DNA from: Spirochaetia bacterium
Lineage (GTDB): Bacteria; Spirochaetota; Spirochaetia; SP-2023
DNA length: 64,000 nt
Assembly: GCA_965225855.1 (NCBI GenBank)
Contig: CBDDCK010000005.1
Coordinates: forward strand, 1,856,001 to 1,920,000
Reading direction: 5' to 3'
A program made the translations under genes and the position numbers. Of the stretch, positions 61,577-64,000 are shown one piece after another (within the stretch, counting starts at the first letter, position 1; every line of letters starts with the position of its first letter). Below the pieces are notes generated by a model. It was not told the DNA's origin. It worked only from the letters and a program-made list of their open reading frames with translations, and ran no database searches.

Positions 61577-62632
61577 TTAAGGGCGGTTCTGTAGGCTTGG
61601 TTGATTGGGCGTGCTACTGGTACGTGTTAAGTGAGCTTGATGTGCCGGGCGCAACTGCTTTTCATAAGCTTTACTAACTAACTGGCCGATCATGACGATG
61701 GCAATGTTGTGGTTTTGCTCTTTCAGCAAGTAAGAAGACCAATGTTTAGGAGAGCCATAGATTTTCTGGATTTCCTTTCGCCGAATATCTAGTAACTTTC
61801 GATCGATTCTAAAGGGCTTCTCATCGCCACACTTTGCTAGATGCTCTTGTAAGTCTTCGAGCAGTTGAATACTCACTAACTGGATTAAAGCATTTTCGCA
61901 TATATATCTGCGCCCCCATATCTTTTTTAGGCTATTTGGTTTTTTTTGAGGGAGCAGCAATTCTTCTAAAACTTGGGTGGCGAATTTTAGCTTGCCTTGC
62001 ACTAAAAGAGCTATGGAATAGAATAATTTGGCCCATTGATACTTATGGCTGTAGCGTTGTTGCTGAAAATCCTTAAAATCGCGCAAGTTGCCAAAGTAGA
62101 CTTCACTTTCATTTCCTGAATCGTCAACTAAATATGGTAGACCAAACTCGATGGCATATATACATAGGCACTTAGAGGCAGAAATAGCAAGCTTGTAGTC
62201 TTTGTGGTTTTGGTTTTTGGTTTTCAAGTAGGCTGCGTTACGATACAGAGGTGAATGGAGAAGCCTAGTTTTTTCTTGCAGCTCTTCAAATAATTCACGC
62301 AAAAGCTCTAAATTATTCAATTGTATGGCGACTTCGATGAAATAAAAAACATACTTTTTTTTGTATTGCTTTTTCTCAAAAATATTTTTTCGCAACCAAT
62401 AGAGTAGAGTATACCAGTCCCCTTGTTCTAAACAACAAAAAAAATGCCAGTTGTAAGCAAAGTAGAAATTGATGGCTATAAAGCTTAGCAGCATTATGCC
62501 GATAACAAACTTATTGTTTTGAAAATATGAAATAACATCACTACCTAAGAATAGTAAAGGTAGGGCTATGCTGAATAAGAAAGTCAGCAGTAGGCTTAGA
62601 TTAAAGCATATCAATAGTTTACGTAGAGTCAA
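61577..62632 (-). CDS. Hypothetical membrane-anchored protein
   Basis: 351-aa ORF with two N-terminal hydrophobic helices and a helical soluble part; TTG start. Confidence 0.65.
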   Translation of the reverse strand: MTLRKLLICFNLSLLLTFLFSIALPLLFLGSDVISYFQNNKFVIGIMLLSFIAINFYFAYNWHFFCCLEQGDWYTLLYWLRKNIFEKKQYKKKYVFYFIEVAIQLNNLELLRELFEELQEKTRLLHSPLYRNAAYLKTKNQNHKDYKLAISASKCLCIYAIEFGLPYLVDDSGNESEVYFGNLRDFKDFQQQRYSHKYQWAKLFYSIALLVQGKLKFATQVLEELLLPQKKPNSLKKIWGRRYICENALIQLVSIQLLEDLQEHLAKCGDEKPFRIDRKLLDIRRKEIQKIYGSPKHWSSYLLKEQNHNIAIVMIGQLVSKAYEKQLRPAHQAHLTRTSSTPNQPSLQNRP

Positions 62633-62697
62633 TGTTCCCCCCAGGACACAACGTCTAATTATGTTAAAGCTCTACAGGTAGTTTAGGAAAGCAAGTA

Positions 62698-63876
62698 ATG
62701 ACTGGCAACCAAAAAATAGAAAGAATTCCTCTTTTTAAAATTTCTGTCGCCCAGAAATTTCATAATGATTTGTATTATGATGGATTTCTTGTCCACCCCA
62801 AAGATACTCCAATTGCTGATGAAGATTTGGAAGTATTTAAGCTGTGGAAAGTTAGGTCGTTAGAGTTGCGTGGTAATACTGGAGAAAATAGTGAAGCCCC
62901 TGATGATGATTTTGCCATCTCCACTTTAAATGATAGTATTCATATCATACAGCAAGATATTAATGATATGAAACAAGCTCAAGTTCTCTACCAAGAAATT
63001 TGCGATTTTGTTGTTGAAAGCTATCATGTCATTAATAGACAATTGCCCTTTCCTGCAGGTGTGCTTTTCGGTAAAGTTAAGAAGTTTATGGAGAATATCC
63101 GGCATATAGGCCTACCCATTTTGCGTTTTCAAGAATTCCATACGGAAGTCGACTATATTGAATTGCATTCGACCAACTCGTTTATATTGACAGTTGCTTT
63201 GGGGAACGCAGCGAAAATGCCTCAGTACCGTTTGCTAAATTTAGGGCTGTCTGCTTTGTTTCATGAAGTGGGTTTAATGAAATTTGCCAATCTGATTAAT
63301 CAAAGTAAGAATTTTAGTTTGCAAGAATTTGATCTGCAAAAAATTCACGTACAAGAAGCGATAAGTTTGCTAAAAGTATATAATCTTCCTTATGAGGTTT
63401 TGGAAGGTATATCACAGCACCATGAAAGGCTTGATGGTTCTGGCTATCCCAATGGGCTAGTAAATAGTGAAATTTCAGACTTTGGCCGCTACCTTGGTTT
63501 AGTTTGTTCTTATATTGCGATGACAACCGATCAAAAATTTTTTGAATCGCAATTGGCTCACACCGCTATATTGAATTTACTCAAAGGAGCTAAAGTTCAT
63601 TATGATGCCGAGCTGGTGCGATTGTTAGTGCAGTTGCTTTCTTTATATCCTGTAGGTAGTTATGTGGCACTCAATAGTGGCAAGATTGGCCGTGTTTTTC
63701 GCAATAATCAAAAAAATCCACGTATGCCAGTAGTCCAAATACTGTTTGATGAGAACTATCAACCTATTTCCAGGAGCATTTTGATTCAGACGAATGATAA
63801 AATTCGTGTAAATAAACCGATTCACTACAAGAAAATGGCCCCGTTTCTTGCCAAATTACGGAAAAACATTCTTTAA
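62698..63876 (+). CDS. HD-GYP domain protein with a degenerate active site
   Basis: HHERLDGSGYP present, but the HD dyad reads HE (LFHEVG) and the later Asp reads CSY. C-terminal YPVG..V.L..G..G.V...N...P..P domain. Confidence 0.88.
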   Translation: MTGNQKIERIPLFKISVAQKFHNDLYYDGFLVHPKDTPIADEDLEVFKLWKVRSLELRGNTGENSEAPDDDFAISTLNDSIHIIQQDINDMKQAQVLYQEICDFVVESYHVINRQLPFPAGVLFGKVKKFMENIRHIGLPILRFQEFHTEVDYIELHSTNSFILTVALGNAAKMPQYRLLNLGLSALFHEVGLMKFANLINQSKNFSLQEFDLQKIHVQEAISLLKVYNLPYEVLEGISQHHERLDGSGYPNGLVNSEISDFGRYLGLVCSYIAMTTDQKFFESQLAHTAILNLLKGAKVHYDAELVRLLVQLLSLYPVGSYVALNSGKIGRVFRNNQKNPRMPVVQILFDENYQPISRSILIQTNDKIRVNKPIHYKKMAPFLAKLRKNIL

Positions 63877-64000
63877 TTATTTTCTTCCGGCGTATTGTTT
63901 TGCTAAATATTATTTGTTTCTAATCGTCTTGATGTATTTATGACTTATGCTCGCAATTCAAAAGATCAGTATCTGGTGAATAGTTTGCCGATTTTAATTA

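Noticed and set aside
63940..64000. Start of a further CDS at the window edge
   Set aside because: Only about 20 codons are visible, with no RBS or motif.

Overview
This is a bacterial chromosomal segment, most likely from a host-associated Spirochaetia. That assignment rests on the 16S signatures, a stand-alone 16S gene, spirochete-style lipoproteins, a GldA/F/G-DUF4340 locus and a second EF-G. The backbone is housekeeping: cysD-cysN(C), KamA radical SAM, TrmH/RlmB, a four-subunit 2-oxoacid:ferredoxin oxidoreductase, manA, ffh, sufS/sufU, pepA, fcl/gmd, ilvB/ilvN, tRNA-Arg(CCT), tRNA-Val(GAC), 16S rRNA, an iron ABC importer, PBP1A, fusA, dxs, tag and an HD-GYP protein. Several accessory features stand out. 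(1) An orphan polyketide beta-branching pair (PksG-like HMG synthase plus PksH-like dehydratase), with a distant Sfp-type PPTase and a hotdog thioesterase but no PKS in view. (2) A ~1000-aa lipoprotein of eight mosaic ~120-aa repeats, and a truncated paralog 48 kb away that shares the same upstream region. (3) At least four intergenic tandem arrays from three unrelated sequence families that share a 23-bp period and mostly palindromic units, clustered around these lipoprotein loci. (4) A ~1.5-kb cassette flanked by direct copies of a dispersed palindromic element, carrying a GC-rich multi-stem RNA leader, a lipoprotein frameshifted in a C tract and a small protein. (5) Decayed phage MuF, Nmad2 and M15 peptidase genes, and a lengthened 16S helix 26. 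All calls come from reading motifs by eye; no searches were run.
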